DNA from: a bacterium
Lineage (GTDB): Bacteria > Electryoneota > JAOADG01
Length of the DNA stretch: 64,000 nucleotides
Direction: 5' to 3'
Assembly (NCBI GenBank): GCA_963681965.1
Contig: OY820579.1
Location: forward strand, 3,936,001-4,000,000
A model generated the notes under the pieces. The model did no database searches and was not told the DNA's origin. It worked only from the letters and a program-made list of their open reading frames with translations. Below are positions 55,549 to 64,000 of the stretch, one piece after another; within the stretch, counting starts at the first letter, position 1; each line of letters begins with the position of its first letter. Both the position numbers and the translations under genes were made by a program.

Positions 55549-57876
55549 ATGCCAAAGAGAATCCTCTGTTTGATTAATACTTTCCTCATTTTGATCGTAA
55601 GCTTGTCGATCTTCGATTCGATGGTATTGGCTCAGGATAGTTCGGGCGTACGTTGTATTCAGCGAATAGTCAATAACAGGTCGGTTAACTTAATAGCTAG
55701 CAATGGCAATTATCTCTGTGCTTTAGTCAATAATCAAGTAAAGATTTTCGATATATCCATTCCGAACCACCCACACGAGATATCTTCGATTCCAATTATT
55801 GGTGACGTAAAAAAATTTATCTTAACATCGAACCGACTTTATCTTGCAAATGATTTCGATGGTATCCGGATTTACAGTCTTACCGATCCATATAACCCTG
55901 CATTGATTACTACCTATCGATTACCAGATACTGCGATAGACATGGCTCTTCAAAACGATCATTTGTATCTAAATATCCATGAACACGGTCTATTAATTAT
56001 CGACGTTGGAGATTCCCAGAATCTTAGATTGTTGGGTAGCTTGGATAGTATCAATTTTGCATATTTTGTGGTGTCAGGTAGATATCTTTATGGAGTTGGA
56101 TGCTGTCTTTGGACTTATGATATCTCAAATCCCGACAGTATACAGCTCATGTCGGAATATGAACTTCCCTACACTTGGGTTTTGGTATCCATCACAAAAG
56201 TCGGATCAAACGTCTATTTAGGGGGTCAAGGAACAGCTTGGTATACTTGTTTCGGCATCTTGATCGGCATCGATGTTTCCGATCCAACTAATCCTGTTGA
56301 GCGCGGTCGTTTTTATGAACCAGCTCAAGGCTCAAGAGAGCAATTGAATTCATATAGTAACATCAACCAAGTAACAAACATTGGAAATAACGTTGTCGTT
56401 TCGGCAGAAATATCCGAACGACAGTACAATGGTTCCTTCAGAACTTCCAATATTGTACAGATCTTGGATATTACAAATCCAGACAGCATCGAATCGAGTT
56501 GGGGAGTGACTTTATACTCCGACACGACATACTACCGGAGTAGAGCTGTTCGTGAGTTATCGGTAACCGAAAGCACTATCTATTGTGCCGAAGGCGAACT
56601 TGGACTCGCGAGTATTCCCACAAGAACAAATTCCTATTCTACGAGTGTACTCTCTTTTCAACCTCGATTGATCACTCACATCGGAAATTATCTCGTTGCT
56701 TCCACCAATAACCAAATCAGCATCTCCGATATCTCTGATCCGGCTCATGCAAGTTTGGATGCTCTCATCGATGTATCGGATTCGATCGAATTTTTGGGAT
56801 CCTTCAACAATACATTACTACTTGGAACGGCACATCGTGATTCTTTATCTGCGATAAATCATGAGATGGTGTTGTATAACTTATCCAACATCAATACACC
56901 GGTCCACCTGAGTAATTGTGAGGTTCCAGCACAAATACAGGATATCGCAATCGACGGCGCTTATGCATATGTTGCCACTGGTGATTCTGGAATGAAAATC
57001 GTAAATATTGCCAACCCACAATCGATACAGATTACTGGATCCATGCCGGTACCAACCGATCAGCTTGAAATCAGTGATCACTATTTATTCGCATTGAACA
57101 AGCATCAATTCCGGAGTTATCGATTGACGGATCCGATTCATCCCGAACTTATCAGCGAATTTTCGGATACGTCGCTGGTTTTTCGTAATCTTGCTGTGAT
57201 CGGCAACCGGCTCTATTATTGCGAGGCAAGTTCCATTTATCATCCCGACCAGAATTACTATAACTCTCAAGCGTTTATTAGAGAATTTAACATCTCCGAT
57301 CCAACCCATCTTGTTCCGATGCGAAGTTATATGTTGGCGGAGTATAATTCAGCCTATCACGCTTTTCTGAATGCCAGATTTCTTATCCCAGCGAGCACAC
57401 ACTTATTCTATCAATCCGATTTTTTGGGAACGATAAATATATTAGATCTTACCCGACCCGATAGCATCAGACGATGTGGTTATTATCATACAAACGGATA
57501 TGGTTCCACTGTGATTGGTAACAATATTTTCTTGACGAGAGATTATTCTATTGACCTCTTTGACTGTTCCCAAGCACTCGGCGTAGTCGATCACCGATCC
57601 GAATCTATTCCGACCACCTTCGCACTCAAACCGAATAACCCGAACCCTTTCAACGCCACAACTGAGATTCACTACACGATTCCAGCGACCGCAAAAGTCG
57701 AGTTAAAAGTATTCGATCTGACCGGGCGCGAGGTTGCAAAGTTAGTCGATTTCAATCAGAATCCGGGCGAGTACACTTACCATTTCGACGGCAAAGCGCT
57801 TGCCTCCGGCACCTATTTTGTGAGGTTGAAAGTAGGTGCTTTCATGCAAACGCAGAAAATAATTTTATTGAAGTAA
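55549..57876 (+). CDS. Secreted LVIVD-repeat beta-propeller protein with T9SS-type CTD
   Basis: Repeated IFDISIP / IYSLTDP / YDISNP / IDVSDP / IVNIANP; CTD PNPFNATT...SGTYF...KIILLK; start placed at ATG 55549 after GGAG. Confidence 0.85.
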   Translation: MPKRILCLINTFLILIVSLSIFDSMVLAQDSSGVRCIQRIVNNRSVNLIASNGNYLCALVNNQVKIFDISIPNHPHEISSIPIIGDVKKFILTSNRLYLANDFDGIRIYSLTDPYNPALITTYRLPDTAIDMALQNDHLYLNIHEHGLLIIDVGDSQNLRLLGSLDSINFAYFVVSGRYLYGVGCCLWTYDISNPDSIQLMSEYELPYTWVLVSITKVGSNVYLGGQGTAWYTCFGILIGIDVSDPTNPVERGRFYEPAQGSREQLNSYSNINQVTNIGNNVVVSAEISERQYNGSFRTSNIVQILDITNPDSIESSWGVTLYSDTTYYRSRAVRELSVTESTIYCAEGELGLASIPTRTNSYSTSVLSFQPRLITHIGNYLVASTNNQISISDISDPAHASLDALIDVSDSIEFLGSFNNTLLLGTAHRDSLSAINHEMVLYNLSNINTPVHLSNCEVPAQIQDIAIDGAYAYVATGDSGMKIVNIANPQSIQITGSMPVPTDQLEISDHYLFALNKHQFRSYRLTDPIHPELISEFSDTSLVFRNLAVIGNRLYYCEASSIYHPDQNYYNSQAFIREFNISDPTHLVPMRSYMLAEYNSAYHAFLNARFLIPASTHLFYQSDFLGTINILDLTRPDSIRRCGYYHTNGYGSTVIGNNIFLTRDYSIDLFDCSQALGVVDHRSESIPTTFALKPNNPNPFNATTEIHYTIPATAKVELKVFDLTGREVAKLVDFNQNPGEYTYHFDGKALASGTYFVRLKVGAFMQTQKIILLK

Positions 57877-57909
57877 TTCACAGTTTAAATTTTTCTACGA
57901 GTTTGACAA

Positions 57910-58266
57910 ATGGCTTCAGCATTTCTAGTATTATTCTCAATTATTCTCACGGTCGCGATCAAACTCGGCATCGTGTGGGCTTCCATTCTGTGGGGCGTTC
58001 AGGATAACAAACTGGAATTCAAGCATATTGTCTACATCGCGTTGGTCGTGTATCTCCCGGCAGCAATGATCGCTGGATTATTAGAAAAAACCATCGGTGA
58101 AGTGCCTGCGATGCTCCTTGAATTTGTCCTGCGCACGTTGGCACTCTATCTGGCAACGATGAATATGTATTCGCGCGACGCCGTCCTTAAAATCATCATC
58201 GCATTTGTACCACTGACGATCGTCGCGAAGCTATTTTTTAGTGCGATCAAATATTTTATCGGATAA
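57910..58266 (+). CDS. Small hydrophobic membrane protein (about 4 TM), function unknown
   Basis: 118-aa ORF made almost entirely of hydrophobic helices. Confidence 0.7.
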   Translation: MASAFLVLFSIILTVAIKLGIVWASILWGVQDNKLEFKHIVYIALVVYLPAAMIAGLLEKTIGEVPAMLLEFVLRTLALYLATMNMYSRDAVLKIIIAFVPLTIVAKLFFSAIKYFIG

Positions 58267-58270
58267 GAAA

Positions 58271-58298
58271 AACGGGAGACTGCGATGAGCCTCCCGTT
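58271..58298. terminator. Hairpin between convergent genes
   Basis: AACGGGAG-actgcgatgagc-CTCCCGTT. Confidence 0.5.
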
Positions 58299-58355
58299 GA
58301 AACAAGCAAATGCATGATAAGAACGATTGGTAAACCACGCCAACCGGAGAACGGA

Positions 58356-59609
58356 TTAATCGTCGATAAAAAACTGGCGCGACGATTTCATCACTTTATC
58401 CCACAAGAATGTACCACGCTCGATTCCGAAAATGAATAGATAATTGTCGATGTGGACGCGTGCCGACTTCCACGAAGTCAGTTGCGCCACTTTATTTACC
58501 CAATTATCGTACTCCGCCTCATTGCGCGTTCGCAACGCCATCATCAACGCTTTTCGATTCGTCTGATCGAGGAATGTCTCTTTCCACGTCCCCTTCGGTT
58601 CGAAGACTGCGCCTACTTTCGGTGCTGCCGGTGCTGCCGGAGCAGTTGGTGCTTGTGGTGGAGTTGCCGCTACCGGAGCGGGTTTCGGTGGTTCCGGCAC
58701 GGGTGCTGCCGGTTTCGGAGCCATGGCTGGAGGTGGTGTCATCGCCGGTGGCTTCACTGCCGGAGTTGCCACTGGTGCCGGTCGCGGTGGTGGCGGTGGC
58801 GGCGGAACCGGACGTGTTGGTGTGGAAACACCTAATCCAAACGCATCATCTTCATCGATCTTGGCTGGCTCTGGCGGCTTCGCTGTCATCGGTGGCGGTG
58901 TCTGCGCTGGTGCCGGTCGTGCCGCTGGTGCAGGTGCCTGTGCAGGTGCTGCCGGCATTACCGATTCCAGCGGTTCTTCGGTCGTCGTGCTCAGGTCGTG
59001 GAACGAACCACCCGAAATCATCTTGCGGGTGACAACGTAATCTTTCCGCAATGCATTATAGCGCGCCATAATCAGCGCGAGATCGTCGACACCGATCGCA
59101 TTCATTCCGAGCGATTCTTCCAACCGCACCACATCGGCAAGCACTTTCACTTCCGACATATTCAACACGGTGGCGATCACACCGGGTTCCAGCGTCGTTC
59201 CACTGAAACCAAGACCAGTCGCGCGTTCGAAGACCTGTTTTGCCAAATCGATCGAATCGGCTTCCAACCCGCGCAAATCGATCGGGTTGTCCGACCAGGT
59301 TGTACGCACTTGATCGAATGACTTTCCAACCGCTTCCTGCAATTCATTTTGCGAAAAGGTGAACGCATTGAGAATCGCTTCGACGACTGCTTCACGCGTT
59401 TTGGCATCGACCAATGCAACATCGAATTGCGGGAGTGTCAGCAAGCGATCGATTTCGGCTTCTACCGACTCTTTCGCTTTCGCCGACAGTCGGTCGCGCA
59501 CCTCAGGCGACTTGTTCCATTGCGTCAATTCGCGGTACGGAAGACTCGCTCTCCCTTTCAGTAAATCGTCGATCCAGCCGGCAGGTACGGTTTGTTGTGA
59601 CACGCCCAT
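58356..59609 (-). CDS. Hypothetical protein: helical N-domain, long Pro/Ala linker, small helical C-domain
   Basis: 417-aa ORF with GGAGG Shine-Dalgarno; polyproline-rich middle; last gene of the mgl-like operon. Confidence 0.85.
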   Translation of the reverse strand: MGVSQQTVPAGWIDDLLKGRASLPYRELTQWNKSPEVRDRLSAKAKESVEAEIDRLLTLPQFDVALVDAKTREAVVEAILNAFTFSQNELQEAVGKSFDQVRTTWSDNPIDLRGLEADSIDLAKQVFERATGLGFSGTTLEPGVIATVLNMSEVKVLADVVRLEESLGMNAIGVDDLALIMARYNALRKDYVVTRKMISGGSFHDLSTTTEEPLESVMPAAPAQAPAPAARPAPAQTPPPMTAKPPEPAKIDEDDAFGLGVSTPTRPVPPPPPPPRPAPVATPAVKPPAMTPPPAMAPKPAAPVPEPPKPAPVAATPPQAPTAPAAPAAPKVGAVFEPKGTWKETFLDQTNRKALMMALRTRNEAEYDNWVNKVAQLTSWKSARVHIDNYLFIFGIERGTFLWDKVMKSSRQFFIDD

Positions 59610-59631
59610 AGATTTGTCCTCCTAATCGCTA

Positions 59632-61560
59632 CTACGAATTCGGATGTTTAGTTTGATATTTATCGCGAATTGATTCTAATTGAAGTATGTCTAGATGATC
59701 GACGCCGACATAAGCCACGATCTCGACCCCTTGCGCGACTTCCTTCTCATTGACCCCTTTCAGGATCTGCATCACGCATTCGATCGGAACTTGCGTCTCC
59801 GGCATTCCCATCTCGAGAATGAATCCTTCCAACCGGCGGAATTGTCGGATCACCAATTCCCAGCGGCGTTTGATCGGCATTCCGTCGATATATTCCATAA
59901 AAGACGATTTGAGATTGGCATCGGAATAACCGGTCTGAATGGTTTGCGAAAGAATCGTCCGAAATTCCGGATCGATCTGATCGCGGGTAATAATTTCGTG
60001 CAATGCAGCTTCGATCGATTGATAGTTCGTTAATCGATTGCAGAACGCTGTCAATGTCGGTAATGGTTCCAGAACCAGTCCGATTTCCAATGCAATCGCG
60101 CGCCGAACGAGTTCCATCCATTCCCGTTTCGTTACCATCCGCTTCTTCGCCAGATGATTGCGCAACTGCATCAGGATCGATCTGCTCTCTTCGTCATGCA
60201 GATCGAAGGCATGCGTCAATTTTCCGATCGTGCCGTCGACATCTTCGGTCATCATCAAAACGACCCAGCTCCCAATTCGCGGAGGTATTTTCGCCATCGG
60301 AATTTTATCGATCGGAAGCGATTCGACTTTATCCTGCCAACTCTCCTTGGCAAGGTCGTGCATCTTGACAAATAGCTCGGCAATTCGCTCGGTCGTTCGA
60401 AAATCCTGCATCTCCTCGCGATGTTCGCGTACTTCCGGTTTATTTGCCGGACGTTCCGCTACTGCCGGCGGGGGGGTACGCGGTTGCATAACCGGTTGCG
60501 GTGCCGGTTGAGCTGCGGGTTGCGGCATCGGATGCACCGGCGGCGGAGTGGGAGCGGAAACCGGCATCGGTTGGCGCGCGGTTTTCGATTGAATCGTTTC
60601 CGCCGACAACGGCGCTGCGAACGAGAAGCGTTTGGATTCCGAAACTGGTTCCTGCAATTCCTGCGGAGCAATTTCATCGAGTGCCGAAAAGGTCTCGATC
60701 GGCGGTGTCGTCACTTCGGGTTTTCGATACGGCGTGTTGATCGACGTCTTCTTGATACTGGTAACCGGTTCGATGAATTCGATGTCGTTGTTTTCGATGT
60801 CGTCTTCACCGAGTAATTCATCGGAAGCACTCGCTTCGTCCGATACGCGCGCCGCATCGATGACCAGCGTTTGCCATTGCTTGCCGATCGTCTTTTGGGT
60901 GCGGACATACGGACCGACCGTAAATTTTCCGCCGGGCCATTGAAACATTTCGTAGAAGGCATCGACACCGACATTCGCAACCGTTTTCGCGTGGATGATG
61001 ATACCATTGTCGATTGCGATGATTCCTTCATTGCGACCGGAATTCACTTTCAACGTAGATTTTCGACCGCTGATTCCGAGTAGCTGAATCACCTCCGCCA
61101 TGTGCAGTTGTCCGACAATCCCCTCGAATCCACTCTTATCCTTATCGGAAAGAATGTTGGTTACTTCGCGTCGCAGCAATTCGAAATCGAATGGTTTCTC
61201 GATATAGTGTACTGCGCCGAGTCCGTAACTTCGGGTACGCAACTCGGGGCTGGAGAATCCGGTCATGACGATGAATTTGATATTGGGATGTTCTTGCTGC
61301 ACCCGCACCATTAAATCCAAACCGGACAGATTCGGCATTCGGATATCGGTGATAATTACTTCGACTTCAGGATTTTCCCGAATGATACTCTCGACTTCCA
61401 ACGGGTCGGTAGAATAAAGCGTCTCGATATTTTCGTCGATCGAGTCGAATAGTCCCCGCAACGCGAGTACGATATCCTCCTCGTCGTCGACGACGATAAT
61501 TTTATGGAGGGGAACGTCTTGATCGTTCGGGTCCGGAATTTTTCTCAGTCGATTTGGCAT
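59632..61560 (-). CDS. Response regulator: REC + DUF4388/PatA-N + Pro-rich linker + helical C-domain
   Basis: VVDDE, ITDIRMP (phospho-Asp), MTGF, IEKPF; GFEGIV.QL...EVIQL..GIIIHA..GVDAFYEMFQWPGGKF. Confidence 0.88.
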   Translation of the reverse strand: MPNRLRKIPDPNDQDVPLHKIIVVDDEEDIVLALRGLFDSIDENIETLYSTDPLEVESIIRENPEVEVIITDIRMPNLSGLDLMVRVQQEHPNIKFIVMTGFSSPELRTRSYGLGAVHYIEKPFDFELLRREVTNILSDKDKSGFEGIVGQLHMAEVIQLLGISGRKSTLKVNSGRNEGIIAIDNGIIIHAKTVANVGVDAFYEMFQWPGGKFTVGPYVRTQKTIGKQWQTLVIDAARVSDEASASDELLGEDDIENNDIEFIEPVTSIKKTSINTPYRKPEVTTPPIETFSALDEIAPQELQEPVSESKRFSFAAPLSAETIQSKTARQPMPVSAPTPPPVHPMPQPAAQPAPQPVMQPRTPPPAVAERPANKPEVREHREEMQDFRTTERIAELFVKMHDLAKESWQDKVESLPIDKIPMAKIPPRIGSWVVLMMTEDVDGTIGKLTHAFDLHDEESRSILMQLRNHLAKKRMVTKREWMELVRRAIALEIGLVLEPLPTLTAFCNRLTNYQSIEAALHEIITRDQIDPEFRTILSQTIQTGYSDANLKSSFMEYIDGMPIKRRWELVIRQFRRLEGFILEMGMPETQVPIECVMQILKGVNEKEVAQGVEIVAYVGVDHLDILQLESIRDKYQTKHPNS

Positions 61561-62057
61561 TAAAGATCCAGCGGCTCGTCACCGCCCCCCCGTATGGCGT
61601 CGACAATATCCTTCCACTTTCCCTTCTGAGGATCGATATCGGCGTCAGCCTGTTGACTTCGTTCAGTAATGATTTCGCCGATTTGCAGCGCAATCTTCTC
61701 CGAATACATTTTCACCATTCCCAATGTGGTTGCTTCATTGAAGATCGCAACCAGCAGATGATCGGTAGTCAATTTTACGACAAATATTCCGTTCTTTTCC
61801 CCTTTCCAGAACGTCGATTCGAAATTCGTTTCGCCGGCAACTTTCGCCGTTTCCTTGGCGGCGCCGAACGAAGCGGCGATCAGGGTTGCCAATCCGATCG
61901 GATCGGTCAGCTCGCTCGAACCGACTCGGGCATAGATATAGCCATCCTCACCGATCAACAGCGCCGTCGAAGCTTGTGCCTCTTCGATCAGTACCGTGAG
62001 ACAGGTGGTTATGACTACAAGAGTCGATTCGTCGATGGTCGTGTCGCGGATAATCAC
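61560..62057 (-). CDS. mglB: MglB-like Roadblock/LC7 protein
   Basis: ALLIGEDG, LATLIAASFGAAKETAKVAGE..F...F.KGE, LVAIFN..TTLGMVK; directly downstream of mglA. Confidence 0.85.
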   Translation of the reverse strand: MIIRDTTIDESTLVVITTCLTVLIEEAQASTALLIGEDGYIYARVGSSELTDPIGLATLIAASFGAAKETAKVAGETNFESTFWKGEKNGIFVVKLTTDHLLVAIFNEATTLGMVKMYSEKIALQIGEIITERSQQADADIDPQKGKWKDIVDAIRGGGDEPLDL

Positions 62058-62059
62058 GG

Positions 62060-62827
62060 TTACTTGCCCTTACCGAATAACCGACCAAGCCATGCGAACA
62101 TGCCGGGTTTCTTAGCCGGAGCTGCCGCTTTTTCTTCCGGTTTGGCTGCCGGTGCACTCTTCGGTTTTCCGATCGTGGTCGATGGTGTCGGCGGCACTTC
62201 GGGTGCTGGTGCCGATGCTGCAGCAGCATCGACTTCGGCGAAAATTGTTCGTTTGAAATCTTCAATCACACAGGTAGTGATCGCTTTCAACGTATCGAAT
62301 ACCCCTTGTCCGGTCAGCGCTACCGCCTCGACAAACGGCAATCCCTTCGAATTCAATTCGATATTAAGAATATCGAGTGGAATTACGCCTGGGATGTCAC
62401 GCTTGTTGAATTGAAACACGAGTGGAATCGTATCGGGATTCATTTTCAGTTCGCGCAAGTTCGCCATCAAATTTTCGAGACTCTCTTTGTTCTCGGCGAT
62501 TTTTCCATGCTGCGAATCGGCAACGAAAACGATGCCGTCTGCACCCTGCAACACGAGTTTCCGCGACTGGTTGTAATAAACCTGACCCGGAACGGTGAAG
62601 AGTTGCATGCGCAACGAAAATCCCTTCACTTTTCCGATTTCCAGTGGAAGTAAGTCGAAGAACAACGTGCGATCCTGCTGGGTTGCAACTGAAGACAATT
62701 CGCCTCGTTTATCGGCGGGTAGCATTCGATGAATCGTCTGAAGATTCGTGGTTTTACCGCATAGCCCCGGTCCGTAATAAACGATTTTACATTCTAATTC
62801 GCGTTTTGCATAATTGATGGTTGCCAT
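62060..62827 (-). CDS. mglA: MglA-like small GTPase with C-terminal extension
   Basis: Start revised to ATG 62827; KIVYYGPGLCGKTTN, DRTLFFD, TVPGQVYYN..RKLVL.GADG.VFVADS, NKRD, GQGVFDTL. Confidence 0.93.
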   Translation of the reverse strand: MATINYAKRELECKIVYYGPGLCGKTTNLQTIHRMLPADKRGELSSVATQQDRTLFFDLLPLEIGKVKGFSLRMQLFTVPGQVYYNQSRKLVLQGADGIVFVADSQHGKIAENKESLENLMANLRELKMNPDTIPLVFQFNKRDIPGVIPLDILNIELNSKGLPFVEAVALTGQGVFDTLKAITTCVIEDFKRTIFAEVDAAAASAPAPEVPPTPSTTIGKPKSAPAAKPEEKAAAPAKKPGMFAWLGRLFGKGK

Positions 62828-62858
62828 ATCGGATCCTCTGCAAGATCGGTTGAGTTGC

Positions 62859-63212
62859 TTACTCTCGTGAATAATTGCCAATACTATCCAATCGCGTTTG
62901 AAGCGAACCGGCAAGTGCCAGTAGCTGACCGTAATTGGCGTTGGGTTCGGTTATTGCCGTTAGCAGCACCGAACCGCCATCGACGGTCACGACCGTTCGA
63001 TCGTCCAACGTCAGCAGCATCGTGCGGTAGTTGTCGTCGTCGATCTGCGCCAATGCGGTTCGCAAATCGTTGGCATAATTCGCCAGCCGCGGACCCAAGT
63101 GGTCGGTCTTCGATTCCGGAAAATGCTCGATCACAATTCCATCCCGGTCGATTAACTCGACTTCAAGGATGCCGTCCGCTGTAATAAAACTATTGAAAAA
63201 AGAATTCTTCAT
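62859..63212 (-). CDS. Roadblock/LC7-like protein (MglC-like)
   Basis: GILEVELIDRDGIVI...ANYGQL; size and alpha/beta pattern of the Roadblock fold. Confidence 0.65.
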   Translation of the reverse strand: MKNSFFNSFITADGILEVELIDRDGIVIEHFPESKTDHLGPRLANYANDLRTALAQIDDDNYRTMLLTLDDRTVVTVDGGSVLLTAITEPNANYGQLLALAGSLQTRLDSIGNYSRE

Positions 63213-63221
63213 ACCCTTAAC

Positions 63222-63596
63222 TCATAATTTGATGAGTGGTAGTAAAAAACGTGCCGTCTGCTGGCTCAGTTTCCAGGAATGATCCACTTCCGTATTCCAG
63301 CAATAGACAATCAGGTATTCGCGATAAACCAAACAATGCAATTGCGTCGATGGAAGCGATACCGAGAATTGATCGAACGCTTTCTCGGAATGCTCACTCG
63401 CGGTTCGCAATACCCGTAAGTACCGGATCGCTTGTCCGGCGACCGTCAGCTGTTCCTGACGCTCCATCGATCCGCATTGAAGAACCGGAAGTCCTACCGC
63501 CGAAACGATCATCACATGACGCATTCCCGGTTTTCCGGTAATCGTCGCAAGCACCGATTCCAGCGATTTGGGCGGAAAGAGGCGCCAGTACCACAT
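63222..63596 (-). CDS. Divergent Roadblock/LC7-like protein
   Basis: LESVLATITGKPGMRHVMIVSAVGLPV resembles the Roadblock N-terminal alpha-beta-beta unit; start revised to ATG 63596. Confidence 0.55.
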   Translation of the reverse strand: MWYWRLFPPKSLESVLATITGKPGMRHVMIVSAVGLPVLQCGSMERQEQLTVAGQAIRYLRVLRTASEHSEKAFDQFSVSLPSTQLHCLVYREYLIVYCWNTEVDHSWKLSQQTARFLLPLIKL

Positions 63597-63597
63597 T

Positions 63598-64000
63598 TTA
63601 TAAGCCTTCCAGGAAATTGGTAAAGCTGCTGACTTCTTGTTCTGCCAATTGCGCAATGTCTTCAGCCTTCGTCAGCAATCCTTCCTTGTTCATCAGATGC
63701 AATCGCTCGATCGCTTTCAACCATTCGTCACCGGTTAACGATTCGCCGCGAAGTTTCGCTTCCACATTGATCGCGTGAACATAACCGCCTAATCCGCGAT
63801 CGGTCAACATTTCCGCGATATCTGTCGATATAAATTTTCCGTCCCACTCTTTATCGCGTGCAAGCAACGTGGAAATGTCGCGGACAATTTCCTTGATTCC
63901 ATTCAATGGTTGCGCTGCATACGATTTCTCGACGGCATTCGAAATCGATACTTGAAATTCCCGTCGCGAGAGTTTCAGTTGCGGTGAATCCTGCAAGAAC
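63598..64000 (-). CDS. Hypothetical helical protein, C-terminal part only (runs off the right end)
   Basis: Open frame to the window edge; stop 1 nt before the next start codon. Confidence 0.75.
   Translation of the reverse strand, partial: FLQDSPQLKLSRREFQVSISNAVEKSYAAQPLNGIKEIVRDISTLLARDKEWDGKFISTDIAEMLTDRGLGGYVHAINVEAKLRGESLTGDEWLKAIERLHLMNKEGLLTKAEDIAQLAEQEVSSFTNFLEGL

Noticed and set aside
58452-59040. Gly/Ala- or Arg/Cys-rich plus-strand ORFs and GCCGGT-like repeats
   Set aside because: Antisense shadows of the Pro/Ala-rich linker of 58356-59609.
61554-62414. 286-aa plus-strand ORF, and similar long antisense ORFs such as 1736-2977 and 20653-21444
   Set aside because: They fully overlap well-supported genes on the opposite strand and have no motifs of their own.

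Overview
Chromosomal window of about 50% GC from a diderm bacterium. It is probably an FCB-superphylum candidate lineage (inference from T9SS/Por-type C-terminal sorting domains, gingipain-like C25 proteases and GH92/GH130). Left to right: a partial TolC-family gene divergent from a heterodimeric ABC exporter; a stand-alone Mrr_N winged-helix protein with four RGR basic motifs; a GT4 gene and a convergent pseudaminic-acid locus (methylase, pseG, HisH/HisF/amidotransferase trio, pseC, SpsF-GNAT fusion, pseI, pseB, GT-B/methyltransferase fusion) with three sigma-54-type promoters; prpD, a Pat-type acyl-CoA ligase/GNAT and a zf-TFIIB protein; two giant C25 protease paralogues bracketing a duplicated CPBP protease and a TPR/beta-barrel plus CE4 deacetylase pair; a mannoside-utilisation operon (ROK, CBM9-like, FucP-like MFS, GH92 with a ~286-aa insertion, EEP, SSS, GH130); an LVIVD-repeat secreted protein; and a minus-strand operon running off the right end. 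That operon encodes an MglA GTPase with a MinD-like amphipathic tail, three Roadblock-like proteins, a REC-DUF4388 protein and three proteins that appear to share an unnamed helical domain. It is the best candidate for an undescribed system. Intergenic DNA carries a family of modular GTAG/GCAG-REP cassettes wrapped in AT-rich inverted repeats. No rRNA, tRNA, CRISPR array or transposase was seen. All calls come from motif reading by eye; no database searches were run.
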